Assembly: GCA_964016885.1 (NCBI GenBank)
Contig: OZ024764.1
Span: forward strand, 14,384,001 to 14,448,000
Direction: 5' to 3'
DNA: 64,000 bases
Source of the DNA: Eledone cirrhosa
Taxonomy: Eukaryota
The notes beneath the pieces were generated by a model, which did no database searches, was not told where the DNA came from, and was given only the letters and a program-made list of their open reading frames with translations. Shown piece after piece: positions 16,901-31,083 of the stretch. Positions within the stretch are counted from its first letter, which is position 1; each line of letters starts with the position of its first letter. The position numbers and the translations under genes were made by a program.

Positions 16901-19900
16901 ATATCTAGGACTACATTATCTAATGTGTCCTGTCATATATACAGACACAGTATATCTAGGACTACATTATCTAATGTGTCCTGTCTTATATACAGACACA
17001 GTGTATCTAGGACTACATTATCTAATGTGTCCTGTCTTATATACAGACACAGTGTATCTAGGACTACATTATCTAATGTGTCCTGTCTTATATACAGACA
17101 CAGTCTATCTAGGACTACATTGTCTAATGTGTCCTGTCTTATATACAGACACAGTCTACCTAGGACTACATTATCTAATGTGTCCTGTCTTATATACAGA
17201 CACAGTGTATCTAGGACTACACTATCTAATGTGTCCTGTCTTATATACAGACACAGTGTACCTAGGACTACATTATCTAATGTGTCCTGTCTTATATACA
17301 GACACAGTGTATCTAGGACTACACTATCTAATGTGTCCTGTTTTATATACAGACACAGTTTACCTAGGACTACATTATCTAATGTGTCCTGTCTTATATA
17401 CAGACACAGTCTATCTAGGACTACATTGTCTAATGTGTCCTGTCTTATATACAGACACAGTCTACCTAGGACTACATTATCTAATGTGTCCTGTCTTATA
17501 TACAGACACAGTGTATCTAGGACTACATTATCTAATGTGTCCTGTCTTATATACAGACACAGTGTACCTAGGACTACATTATCTAATGTGTCCTGTCTTA
17601 TATACAGACACAGTGTATCTAGGACTACATTATCTAATGTGTCCTGTCTTATATACAGACACAGTGTATCTAGGACTACATTATCTAATGTGTCCTGTCT
17701 TATATACAGACACAGTGTATCTAGGACTACATTATCTAATGTGTCCTGTCTTATATACAGACACAGTGTATCTAGGACTACATTATCTAATGTGTCCTGT
17801 CTTATATACAGACACAGTGTATCTAGGACTACATTATCTAATGTGTCCTGTCTTATATACAGACACAGTGTATCTAGGACTACATTATCTAATGTGTCCT
17901 GTCTTATATACAGACACAGTATATCTAGGACTACATTATCTAATGTGTCCTGTCTTATATACAGACACAGTGTATCTAGGACTACATTATCTAATGTGTC
18001 CTGTCTTATATACAGACACAGTGTATCTAGGACTACACTATCTAATGTGTCCTGTCTTATATACAGACACAGTCTACCTAGGACTACATTATCTAATGTG
18101 TCCTGTCTTATATACAGACACAGTCTATCTAGGACTACATTGTCTAATGTGTCCTGTCTTATATACAGACACAGTATATCTAGGACTACATTATCTAATG
18201 TGTCCTGTCTTATATACAGACACAGTGTACCTAGGACTACATTATCTAATGTGTCCTGTCTTATATACAGACACAGTGTACCTAGGACTACATTATCTAA
18301 TGTGTCCTGTCTTATATACAGACACAGTGTATCTAGGACTACACTATCTAATGTGTCCTGTCTTATATACAGACACAGTCTACCTAGGACTACATTATCT
18401 AATGTGTCCTGTCTTATATACAGACACAGTCTATCTAGGACTACATTGTCTAATGTGTCCTGTCTTATATACAGACACAGTGTATCTAGGACTACATTAT
18501 CTAATGTGTCCTGTCTTATATACAGACACAGTATATCTAGGACTACATTATCTAATGTGTCCTGTCTTATATACAGACACAGTCTATCTAGGACTACATT
18601 ATCTAATGTGTCCTGTCTTATATACAGACACAGTGTATCTAGGACTACATTATCTAATGTGTCCTGTCTTATATACAGACACAGTCTACCTAGGACTACA
18701 TTATCTAATGTGTCCTGTCTTATATACAGACACAGTCTATCTAGGACTACATTGTCTAATGTGTCCTGTCTTATATACAGACACAGTATATCTAGGACTA
18801 CATTATCTAATGTGTCCTGTCTTATATACAGACACAGTCTACCTAGGACTACATTATCTAATGTGTCCTGTCTTATATACAGACACAGTATATCTAGGAC
18901 TACATTGTCTAATGTGTCCTGTCTTATATACAGACACAGTATATCTAGGACTACATTATCTAATGTGTCCTGTCATATATACAGACACAGTATATCTAGG
19001 ACTACATTATCTAATGTGTCCTGTCTTATATACAGACACAGTGTATCTAGGACTACATTATCTAATGTGTCCTGTCTTATATACAGACACAGTGTATCTA
19101 GGACTACATTATCTAATGTGTCCTGTCTTATATACAGACACAGTCTATCTAGGACTACATTGTCTAATGTGTCCTGTCTTATATACAGACACAGTCTACC
19201 TAGGACTACATTATCTAATGTGTCCTGTCTTATATACAGACACAGTGTATCTAGGACTACACTATCTAATGTGTCCTGTCTTATATACAGACACAGTGTA
19301 CCTAGGACTACATTATCTAATGTGTCCTGTCTTATATACAGACACAGTGTATCTAGGACTACACTATCTAATGTGTCCTGTTTTATATACAGACACAGTT
19401 TACCTAGGACTACATTATCTAATGTGTCCTGTCTTATATACAGACACAGTCTATCTAGGACTACATTGTCTGTGTCCTGTCTTATATACAGACACAGTCT
19501 ACCTAGGACTACATTATCTAATGTGTCCTGTCTTATATACAGACACAGTGTATCTAGGACTACACTATCTAATGTGTCCTGTCTTATATACAGACACAGT
19601 GTACCTAGGACTACATTATCTAATGTGTCCTGTCTTATATACAGACACAGTGTATCTAGGACTACATTATCTAATGTGTCCTGTCTTATATACAGACACA
19701 GTATATCTAGGACTACATTATCTAATGTGTCCTGTCTTATATACAGACACAGTGTATCTAGGACTACATTATCTAATGTGTCCTGTCTTATATACAGACA
19801 CAGTATATCTAGGACTACATTATCTAATGTGTCCTGTCTTATATACAGACACAGTGTATCTAGGACTACATTATCTAATGTGTCCTGTCTTATATACAGA

Positions 19901-20597
19901 CACAGTATATCTAGGACTACATTATCTAATGTGTCCTGTCATATATACAGACACAGTGTATCTAGGACTACACTATCTAATGTGTCCTGTCTTATATACA
20001 GACACAGTCTACCTAGGACTACATTATCTAATGTGTCCTGTCTTATATACAGACACAGTCTATCTAGGACTACATTATCTAATGTGTCCTGTCTTATATA
20101 CAGACACAGTGTACCTAGGACTACATTATCTAATGTGTCCTGTCTTATATACAGACACAGTGTACCTAGGACTACATTATCTAATGTGTCCTGTCTTATA
20201 TACAGACACAGTGTACCTAGGACTACATTATCTAATGTGTCCTGTCTTATATACAGACACAGTCTATCTAGGACTACATTATCTAATGTGTCCTGTCTTA
20301 TATACAGACACAGTTTACCTAGGACTACATTATCTAATGTGTCCTGTCTTATATACAGACACAGTGTACCTAGGACTACATTATCTAATGTGTCCTGTCT
20401 TATATACAGACACAGTCTACCTAGGACTACATTATCTAATGTGTCCTGTCTTATATACAGACACAGTGTACCTAGGACTACATTATCTAATGTGTCCTGT
20501 CTTATATACAGACACAGTGTACCTAGGACTACATTATCTAATGTGTCCTGTCTTATATACAGACACAGTGTACCTAGGACTACATTATCTAATGTCC
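10929..20597. repeat. 51-bp satellite array II (about 190 monomers), same orientation as array I
   Basis: Same monomer as 1929-6462. Confidence 0.98.
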
Positions 20598-20599
20598 TT

Positions 20600-20745
20600 T
20601 GTTGTTGTTAATCCCCAGATAAGTCTTGATGTCACAGACCTACGATCAAAGATGCTCCAGCTGTGACCATCCTGTCTTTTATTGTCACAGTGTATCTAGG
20701 ACAACATTATCTAATGTGTCCTTCCTTCTTGTTGTTGTTTAGCCC
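20600..20745 (-). mobile_element. Unamplified copy of the interspersed repeat that hosts the 51-bp satellite
   Basis: cagacctacgatcaaagatgctccagctgtgaccatcctgtc, one monomer, then ccttcctt; the same flanks bracket array I (1895-1938, 6458-6466); ttgttgtt flanks suggest a (CAA)n retroposon tail on minus. Confidence 0.65.
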
Positions 20746-20754
20746 CAGTAACAA

Positions 20755-20930
20755 TACTAATTGTTTCTACTTTTGGCACAAGGCCAGCAAATTACTCAGT
20801 GTATTACTGGTACTTTATTTCATCAACTCCATAAGGATGACGGACAAAGCTAACCTCAACGGGGGGTTTGAACTCAGAACGTAAAGGGCCACAACTCCGT
20901 GCTGGTGTCTGACGCTCTACCAATACTGTC
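20755..20930 (-). mobile_element. SINE family B copy (diverged)
   Basis: Similarity to 8805-8992. Confidence 0.75.
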
Positions 20931-21159
20931 AAAACTAATAATATTTTCTTATTTAGTAACACAGCCACAATAATAATAATAATAATGATTTCTGCTTTAG
21001 GCACAATACAACAACAACAACAACAACAACAACAGTAACAACAACAGCAGTAACAACAACAATAACATCAGTAACAACAACAAACGTCAAATGTCTTTGA
21101 CACTGTCTGAATAGCCAAGGTGGTTCTACTTGTGTTCTACTTGCTTGGAGAGAAGTTGG

Positions 21160-21168
21160 CTGTGTGTG

Positions 21169-21215
<47 letters not shown>

Positions 21216-21258
21216 GTGTGTATATATACATATATATATATATGTGTGTGTGAGTGTG

Positions 21259-21319
<61 letters not shown>

Positions 21320-21374
21320 ATATACATATATATATATATGTGTGTGTGTGTGTATATATACATATATATATATA

Positions 21375-21421
<47 letters not shown>

Positions 21422-21460
21422 ATACATATATATATATATGTGTGTATGTGTGTGTGTGTG

Positions 21461-21503
<43 letters not shown>

Positions 21504-21518
21504 ATATATACATATATA

Positions 21519-21549
<31 letters not shown>

Positions 21550-21928
21550 GTGTGTATACGTATATATATATATGTGTGTATGTGTGTGTGTATATACATA
21601 TATATATATGTGTGTGTGTGTGTATATATACATATATGTGTGTGTGTATATATACATATATATATATGTGTGTATGTGTATATACATATATATATGTGTG
21701 TGTATGTGTGTGTGTGTATATACATATATATATATGTGTGTGTGTGTGTATATACATATATATGTGTGGGTGTGTATATATATACATATATGTGTGGGTC
21801 CATGTATGTGATGTGTGTGTATATATATATATATACATATATATGTGTGTGTGTGTGTATATATACATATATATATGTGTGTGTGTGTGTATATATACAT
21901 ATATATGTGTGTGGGTCCATGTATGTGA

Positions 21929-21973
<45 letters not shown>

Positions 21974-22059
21974 ATGTGTCTGTGTGTATGTATATATATA
22001 CATATATGTGTGTGTGTGTGTATATATACATATATATGTGTGTGGGTCCATGTATGTGA

Positions 22060-22104
<45 letters not shown>

Positions 22105-22177
22105 ATGTGTCTGTGTGTATGTATTTATATACATGTGTGTCTGTGTGTGTATATATACATATATGTGTGTGTCTGTG

Positions 22178-22208
<31 letters not shown>

Positions 22209-22296
22209 ATATACATATATATATGTGTGTGTGTATATACATATATATATATATGTGTCTGTGAGTATATACATATATATGTGTATGTGTGTGTGT
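21160..22296. repeat. Mixed (TG)n/(TA)n microsatellite
   Basis: Direct reading. Confidence 0.95.
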
Positions 22297-22471
22297 ACTA
22301 AAACTATTTCTGCGTACCATCATCTGTTGCTGAGAAAAAGAAAGATAGAAAGCAGGACAGACACAAAGAGGAGGGGGGGGGGGGCAAACAGGGAGGTGGT
22401 TTTGAAGAAATGTCTTTGAGATAAATTGCTTAGTTACATCATTTGCTGTGGAGTGTATGTATGTGTGTGCG

Positions 22472-22503
<32 letters not shown>

Positions 22504-22608
22504 GTATTTACTATGGAACTAATTGTATAGCTAGTGTGTTGTTATATATGTGTGTGTGTCTGTATGTGTTATAATGAGTATTATACACATAAATGTGTGT
22601 ATATGTGA

Positions 22609-22654
<46 letters not shown>

Positions 22655-22739
22655 TCACAAACATATGTGGGTACAGATTCTGATGTCATGGATAAGTATT
22701 TTTAGTCTCAAGTATTTCTTTTGATGCAGAGCAGAATCA

Positions 22740-22837
<98 letters not shown>

Positions 22838-22931
22838 AGAAGTTGTATTAAATTTGTTGGAATTCTGACAAACATAAATGTTTATAACTGATTTAGAGCA
22901 CTCAACAGTTACTGGAGTAAATATTCCATTT

Positions 22932-23048
22932 AAAATCCCGCCGAGGTTGACTTTGCCTTTCATCCTTACGGGGGTCGATAAAATAAAAGTACCAGTAATA
23001 CACTGGGGTAATTGCTGGCCTTGTGCCAAAAAGTAGAAACAATTATTA
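22932..23048 (+). mobile_element. 5'-truncated SINE family B inserted in the H1 element
   Basis: aaatcccgccgagg...ccaaaagtagaaacaatta; absent from the homologous position at about 36330. Confidence 0.85.
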
Positions 23049-23081
23049 AATAAATGGCAACTATATTTATAAAACCTTATT

Positions 23082-23148
23082 TATTTTATTATATATATAT
23101 TTCAACAGCAACCAAGCAAACCTTGGTGCGCTTTCATCAGATAAAATA
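23082..23148 (-). ncRNA. Type I hammerhead ribozyme motif
   Basis: Minus: UAUUUUAU-CUGAUGA-aagcGCACCAAG guuug CUUGGUuGCuguu-GAA-AUAUAUAUAU-A-AUAAAAUA; perfect 8-bp stem I, palindromic stem III, AUA site. Confidence 0.72.
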
Positions 23149-23235
23149 CAAAGTTTGTTTTATAAATAAAGACATACCCATGAAGATTCAACCTTATCGG
23201 TCGGAAATTTGCTGGATAGCGAATATATATATATA

Positions 23236-23577
23236 TCATCATCATCATCATTTCATTTTACGTCCGCTTTTTTCCTGCTTGCAAGGGTGGGACGGGAACT
23301 GATTCTGGCTTGATTTCTACAGCTGGATTCCCTTCCTAACACCAACCTCATTTACAGTGAGTGCTGGGTGCTTTTTTGCCGTGGCACCTCCACGACCACG
23401 TTGCAGTGGAATGATAGGGACCCCAGTCCCTATCATCTCATTTCTACAGCTGAGTAAACTGGAGCAATGTGAAATAAAGTGTCTTGCTCAAGGAAACAAC
23501 ACATCACCCGGTCTGAGAATTGAACTCACAACCTTTCGATTGCAAGGCCAATGCTCTAACCACTAAGCCATGCACCT
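23236..23577 (-). mobile_element. Full SINE family A: tRNA head, CORE-like domain, RTE-type tail, (ATG)n
   Basis: Minus: tggcttagtggttagagc (A box), gttcaattc (B box), ccttgagcaagacactttatttcac, then cccgtcccacccttgcaagcagg...gacgtaaaatg. Confidence 0.85.
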
Positions 23578-24322
23578 CCATTGTCTCTTTCCAGGCACTA
23601 TGTTGAAAAATAATCCTTTTTTGGTCAAAAGTTCATAGGTTGAACAAGATACTCTCATGGAATGACGAAATGAAGTTTATTTTTCAACATAGAAAGAAAC
23701 AATGCAATTATTATTTCACAACTCTAGCATCACTCCTTCATAGTCAGCCTATGAACGTTTCATTTCTGCCAACCATCTTATGTGATCTAACCAGGGAGGA
23801 CTGTACATGGTAGAAATAACTGCTAGTAATAGCAGCCACAGTCGAGTAGAACTTTCCAGATAATTTTGTTTACTCTATGTTGTCTTTCTGTGGTGTGTTT
23901 TTCAAGATGGTTGGGTGGTGTGGTTAGTGGCAGGGGCTTCTGTGCTGGATGTGGTGTTGTGAGGGCGAATGTGGCTGCTATTTTTAGCAAGTCTAGGCTA
24001 TCACCTAATTGCCTCACTATTACAAAACAGTTGTATGTAGTGAATGAAGGAAATTTATCAATAAGTTGGATGACACACCACACACGCACACACGCACACA
24101 CACACATACACACCACACACGCACACACACACATACACACCACACACATACACACCACACACACACACACACACACACACACTCTCCCTCTATCTCACTC
24201 ACTCTTTCTATCTCACACACACACACTCTCTCTCTCTCTCTCTGATTATCTCTCTTTTTCACTCTCTCTCTCTCTCATCTACCAAGCTAGCTCTTTCTTA
24301 CTTTTCCTCTCAACACACACAT

Positions 24323-24400
<78 letters not shown>

Positions 24401-24543
24401 GTATGACTCTCCCCTCAGCAGTTTCAGCTTATGTGTGTGTATATATATATATATATATTTGAAGACACACATATATATATATATATATATTTGAACGCAT
24501 ATATGTATATATGTGTTCGTTTTTCTTTTTTGTTCAGTTATAC

Positions 24544-24576
<33 letters not shown>

Positions 24577-24675
24577 ATGTGTGTACATATATGTGTATAT
24601 ATATGTGTGTATGTATATGTGTGTGTATATATATTATTTTTCTTTCTATCTCATTTTCATTTGGTCTGTATATAT

Positions 24676-25130
24676 ATACTACTACTACTAGTACTACTAC
24701 CACTACCACCACCACTACTACTACTACCACCACTACCACCACCACTACTACTACTACCACTACTACCACTACCACTACTACCACTACTACTACTACTACC
24801 ACTACTACTACTACTACTAGTAGTACTACTACCACTACCTCTACTACTAGTACTACTACCACTACCACCACTACTACTACTACCACTACCACCACTACCA
24901 CTACTACTACTACCACTACTACTACTAGTACTACTACCACTACCACTACTACTACTACTACTACTACTAGTACTACTACCACTACCACCACTACTACTAC
25001 TACTACTACCACTACTACTACTAGTACTACTACCACTACCACCACTACTACTACTACCACTACTACCACTACCTCTACTACTAGTACCACTACCACTACT
25101 ACTACTACTACTACTAGTAGTACTACTACC

Positions 25131-25179
<49 letters not shown>

Positions 25180-25202
25180 GTACCACTACCACTACTACCA
25201 CT

Positions 25203-25254
<52 letters not shown>

Positions 25255-25271
25255 GTACCACTACCACTACT

Positions 25272-25321
<50 letters not shown>

Positions 25322-25330
25322 CACTACCAA
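24676..25330. repeat. (CTA/CCA)n triplet repeat
   Basis: Direct reading. Confidence 0.95.
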
Positions 25331-25644
25331 TACTACAGCAGCTAGTAGTATTAATAGTAGCTGCTCTGTCCCAGATATGTGAGCAGTACTAATGGTGGTG
25401 GTGGTGGTGGTGGCACTTCTAGCTGAGGTGATGGTGGCTGGAGGGGGGGGGGGTCATCACGATGATAGTACTAACAGTGGTGGTGATAGTAGTGGTGGTG
25501 GTGGTGGTGGTGTTGATAGCATTATTAACTGCAATAGTAGTAGTGGTGGTATATATTATCAATGGTGGTTAAGATACTACTGCCTAAATATGTGTGTATG
25601 TCATATATATATATATATATGTCATATATATATATATATATATG

Positions 25645-25682
<38 letters not shown>

Positions 25683-25844
25683 TCAGTAGGCATCTCTTAA
25701 CCAAATATACACCCCAACCCACTACCCCTACTCCACCCTCCCACTCCCACCAACACCACCCCTTTCTCTGTAAAGTTATGTTGGTACCACAACATCCAGT
25801 CCAAACTAAAGAGGTTGTGTAGGTGTCACGACAAAATAACACAC

Positions 25845-26290
25845 AGTCCACGCTGTAATGTAGCCGTGTAGGTAACACGGTAAAAACCTCCCAGTCCACG
25901 CTGTAATGTGGCCGTGTAGGTAACACGGTAAAAACCTCCCAGTCCACGCTGTAATGTAGCCGTGTAGGTAACACGGTAAAAACCTCCCAGTCCACGCTGT
26001 AATGTAGCCGTGTAGGTAACACGGTAAAAACCTCCCAGTCCACGCTGTAATGTAGCCGTGTAGGTAACACGGTAAAAACCTCCCAGTCTACACTGTAATG
26101 TAGCCGTGTAGGTAACACGGTAAAAACCTCCCAGTCTACACTGTAATGTAGCCGTGTAGGTAACACGGTAAAAACCTCCCAGTCTACACTGTAATGTAGC
26201 CGTGTAGGTAACACGGTAAAAACCTCCCAGTCTACACTGTAATGTAGCCGTGTAGGTAACACGGTAAAAACCTCCCAGTCTACACTGTAA
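25845..26290. repeat. 48-bp minisatellite (about 9 copies) inside a retroposon ending in an RTE-type tail at about 26458
   Basis: agtccacgctgtaatgtagccgtgtaggtaacacggtaaaaacctccc; low-copy versions at 54480-54535, 63935-64000 and, degenerate, 41745-41990. Confidence 0.9.
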
Positions 26291-26499
26291 ATGTGGTTGG
26301 TGTTAGGAAGGAAGGACATCCAGCCATAGAAAACCTGCCAGATAGTCCTATACGAGTGAGACACGGTCACCCGACCAATCTTGCCTCAAGTCGGACAACT
26401 CCCGTCTAACCCATGCTAGCGTGGAAGATAGACGTTAAACGATGATGATGATGATGATACATATATATATATATAAAACCTTTTAAGGAATTACACCAG

Positions 26500-27317
26500 T
26501 CCAGCTACCTGGTCGATAGAGGGCTTTACAACCTCGCTCAGAACGCGGATATAGCCATCGGTGTTCAGCGTGAGGCCCTCAGGGAAGAAGTGAGGTGGCA
26601 TGACGTCACCTTGACTGCTGACGACACCTAAGACCAATGTTGTCGCTGGAAACTTTGTCTGCATGACTCTGGGCGCGTCTTTGGATGAGACAGCGAGCCA
26701 CCTGTTGTTCTAGGAGTTGATCTTCTGGTCTTGGCAGAAGTTTTTCTCGTTGGAGTAAAACCACAGCATGTCTGGCTCCAGTGGATGTTTCAACTTGTTG
26801 ATCAGCTTCTTTGCGTGCTTCAGTTGCTTTTCTTGCATTGCCTTTGACAGAAATTGTCCTTTCCTCAGCTTGTATGAAACGTAGCGAATGTCTTCATGTA
26901 CCACCAGCCTACTGAGCTTTTCATCCACGCCTTTCTCCCTTGCAATGGCACGCATCGACTTGCTAAGTTCATTGTTGATGATATCCTGAACTTCAGCGAC
27001 GAGCTCGGGCGTTCTGAAGGCGTCAGATCGTCGATCATGTGTTTTCCTCTCTGATGTTGCTTCGTAGTCAAATCCTGAATCTTTTAATTCCTTTCTGACC
27101 TTTTCCACCATTCTCCTCCCAGCACGGATTCCAAGAAGAACTCTGTGTCTCTTCCACAAATTTGGAGGTTCAAAATTATTCATAATCAATTATTCTGAAA
27201 ATAAATAATGGAAATATAGTCACTGTTTTTATGAAGACAAGAGTGACAACGGAAGTATAAAAAATTTGCATAAAATTAGCAGTTGAAAATTGCGAACAAA
27301 TATTGCCCGCACCTGTA
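26500..27317 (-). mobile_element. Tc1/mariner superfamily transposon remnant (DD37D/maT-like), defective transposase
   Basis: Minus: TA-caggtgcgggcaat end; SMRAIAREKGVDEK HTH; WFYSNEKNF (decayed FSDEKNF); in-frame stop, then NNRWLA...LVLGVVSSQGDVMPPHFF. Confidence 0.85.
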
Positions 27318-27400
27318 TATGTATGTGTCTATGTATAGTGTATGTCATATATATTATATATATATATATGTATGTGTGCATGTATGTATAATGTATAAAC

Positions 27401-27444
<44 letters not shown>

Positions 27445-28085
27445 CATTTCCTTTCACCATCTGTCAGCTATCTCTATTCTCTGTGCTAACTCTATTGGTA
27501 TAGTATTATTCTGCAGTACTGCAGTTTAGTAGTAGTGGTAGTAGTGGTGGGGGTGGGGGTGATAGTAATAGTGGTGATGGTTGTGATAGTAATAGGGGTG
27601 GTGGTGGTGGTGATGGTTGTAATAGTGGTGGTGGTGGTGGTGATGGTTGTGATAGTAATAGGGGTGGTGGTGGTGGTGGTGGTGGTGGTGATAGTAATGG
27701 TGGTGGTGATGGTGGTAGTGTTTCACAGCCTGTGATGGTGGCTGAAGTGATGGTAGTAGTAGCGTTAGAAATGGTGGTGGTGGTAGTAGCGTTAGTAATG
27801 GTGGTGGTGGTAGTAGTATCGTTAGTAGTGGTGGTGGTGGTAGTAGTAGTGGTTGTGTTTTACAGTCTGTATAGTGGCTGAAGGGATGGTAAATGGTTAT
27901 AGAGATGGTGGTGGTGGTGGTAGTAGTGGAGATAGTATTGGCTGTGGTGATAGCTTTAGTATTGATGGCTTTGCTGTTATATGTGTGAGTGAATATGTTT
28001 GTATATATGTGTATGTATGCATATATGTGGAGTTGTATGTATGTGTGTGTGTAAATATATATATATATATAAATGTGCGTGAGTA

Positions 28086-28408
28086 TATCATCATCATCGT
28101 CATCATTTTACGTCAGCTTTCCCCTGCTTGCAAGGGTGGGACAGGTCCTCTTCAGCACAGCATCTCTCCATTCGTCACGGTCCTTTATCATCTCCTCTGT
28201 GAGCTTCAGCGATCTGGAGTCAGCTCTCACCACCTCTGCCCATGTTTTTCGTGGTCTTCCTCTACTGTGTCTTCCTTCCACCAGGATCTCTTGGCACTTC
28301 TTCACCCAGCGGTCATCTTCCATACACATCACATGGCCAACCCAACGCAGTCTTCTCGCCTGCGCACCATAGCTTATTCCTCTTATACACAGTTTCACTC
28401 TCAACTTT
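28086..28408 (-). mobile_element. RTE-clade LINE 3' fragment
   Basis: RRLRWVGHVMCMEDDRWVKKC...RSRGRPRKTWAEVV; (ATG)n tail. Confidence 0.9.
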
Positions 28409-28540
28409 CCTGATGATTTCCTTCGAATGAAACAGTTCTAGTCTTGTAGAAGCCATTTCTATATTAAATTTGATATTCACACTCTGCGAATGTATTGAGT
28501 ACCTTACTGTGGTCACCCCCGATTGAACCTGGGACTTACA
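28409..28540 (+). mobile_element. Penelope-like pLTR remnant (family H3) starting at hammerhead core boxes
   Basis: CTGATGA (28410) tttccttcgaat GAAAC (28429); the rest is homologous to 29238-29290 and to the reverse complement of 60157-60270. Confidence 0.55.
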
Positions 28541-28571
28541 TACAGACACACACACACATATATATTCGTCA

Positions 28572-28789
28572 AGGCACGTGGCTGAGTGGTTAGAGAATTG
28601 GATTGGCAATCGTGAGGTTGTGAGTTCAATTCCTGGACCGGGTGATACATTATGTCCTTGAGCAAGACATTTTATTTCATGTGGCTCCTTCTACCTGGAG
28701 TTGCGACCGATAGATAGTATTAGCAACTGGAAAGACCAACGGAAACATTGTTTCCTCGGTCCGATTTGACAGAAGTCGATAGACTGTCA

Positions 28790-28790
<1 letters not shown>
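28572..28790 (+). mobile_element. tRNA-derived CORE-like SINE
   Basis: tggctgagtggttagag A box, gttcaattcc B box, tgtccttgagcaagaca. Confidence 0.8.
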
Positions 28791-29175
<385 letters not shown>

Positions 29176-29179
29176 AGAG

Positions 29180-29385
29180 AGAAATGACTTCTACAGATCT
29201 AGAACTGTTTCACTTGTATGAAATCATCAGGACATTCCTGATGATTTCATATGAATGAAACAGTTCTAGTCCTGTAGAAGTCATTTCTATATATAATAAA
29301 TCTCTTTACTCTACCAACATTTTCGGTTGCTTTTTTAACTATGGTCACCTCCGGGGCATACATCCGAAATCCACCTACAATTAAG
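29180..29385. mobile_element. Fold-back element family H3 with hammerhead core boxes in both arms
   Basis: Arms about 29180-29232 / 29236-29288; CTGATGA 29238, GAAAC 29257. Confidence 0.65.
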
Positions 29386-29540
29386 TGTATGTGTTGTAGT
29401 GATGTCATCCCCCCACCCCCCACCTCTACCCAACCCCACCTCTACCCAACCCCCACCCCCACACACTGATAACAATGAATGACTCACTATAGTCACATTG
29501 ACTTTTTCACTTTAAATAGTTGCTATATACTACAATTTAT

Positions 29541-29605
<65 letters not shown>

Positions 29606-29606
29606 T

Positions 29607-29662
<56 letters not shown>

Positions 29663-29913
29663 ACATATATACATATATATACACACACACATGCACACAC
29701 ACACAAATATATATATATACGCACACAGCACACACATATATATATATGTATATATACACACAGACATGCACACACACAAACATATATATACACACACAAT
29801 TATTTATGTGTATGTGAGTATGTATATATATATATATGTATATATATGTATACACACAAACAGCTGTTCACAAGGCATGAAATAAATGTTCTACATACAT
29901 AGAGATTTTCCTA

Positions 29914-29950
<37 letters not shown>

Positions 29951-30112
29951 AATTAATATAGAAACAGATATATACGTATGTATATATTTGTGTATGTATA
30001 TATATGTATGCAGGGATGGGTTTGGCTAATATATATATATATATATACATACACACACACACATATATGTATCATGCTAGCATGGAAGATAGGCGTTAAA
30101 TGATGATGACGT

Positions 30113-30166
<54 letters not shown>

Positions 30167-30539
30167 TATATTCACACACACACATAAATATATACACACA
30201 CATATATATATATATATATTCACACACATGCACACACACATATATATATAGTCGAAGATCAAAAAGAGACAAACACAGGGATACAGTTACAGCCATATTA
30301 GTTTCATGCTTGACGGAAAAGGAATGTTTTACTGGATTAGATGTTAGTCCTTCCTCAGAAAGAGTATGGAAGGTGGAGGAAGGGGAAAAAAGTGGGAGGT
30401 GTTGCATTTCCTTGTCTCCCTATTTATGTATGTGTATATACATCAGTGTGTGTTTGTATACCGGTATTATAACTCATATATACACTATATGTACAGTCTA
30501 TATACACTATACACTATATATATATATATATATATCATT

Positions 30540-30881
30540 CATCATCATCATCATTTCATTTTACGTCCACTTTTCCCTGCTTGCAAGGGTGGGACGGGAA
30601 CCGATTCTGGCTTGATTTCTACAGCTGGATGCCCTTCCTAACGCCAACCTCATTTACAGTGAGTGCTGGGTGCTTTTTTGCCGTGGCACCTCCACGACCA
30701 CTTTGCAGTGGAATGATATGGACCCCAGTCCTCTATCATCTCATTTCTACAGCTGAGTAAACTGGAGCAATGTGAAATAAAGTGCCTTGCTCAAAGAAAC
30801 AACACATCACCCGGTCTGAGAATTGAACTCACAACCTTTTGATTGCAAGCCCAATGCTCTAACCACTAAGCCATGTGCCTC
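30540..30881 (-). mobile_element. Full SINE family A
   Basis: Near-identical to 23236-23577. Confidence 0.85.
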
Positions 30882-31083
30882 TATATATATATATATTAAA
30901 ATAACAGATTAAAGTTTAAGCAAAGAATTGCTGCTTTCACCCTTAACGGGATCTTCTGAAACTAAAAAAGTCAATCTGTGAATGCAGAAGTACAATACAT
31001 AGAGCACTCTTTTTTCCTTTACCTTTTCTACGGAAATACTGAACACACAAGAGCTAGTGAAAATATATGATATTATCTGAAAT

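Larger units (their letters stand above)
22840..23222 (-). mobile_element. Penelope-like pLTR remnant (family H1), interrupted by a SINE
   Basis: Colinear with 36245-36488; contains a hammerhead fold; flanked by TG/TA microsatellites. Confidence 0.6.

Noticed and set aside
11187-20666. 3159-aa and 2605-aa ORFs (and 1106/1038-aa ORFs at 1953-5273)
   Set aside because: The 51-bp monomer is divisible by 3 and stop-free in two frames; indels switch frames freely; there is no non-repetitive coding context.
28572-28640. tRNA genes at A/B-box sites
   Set aside because: No cloverleaf; each continues into a SINE body.
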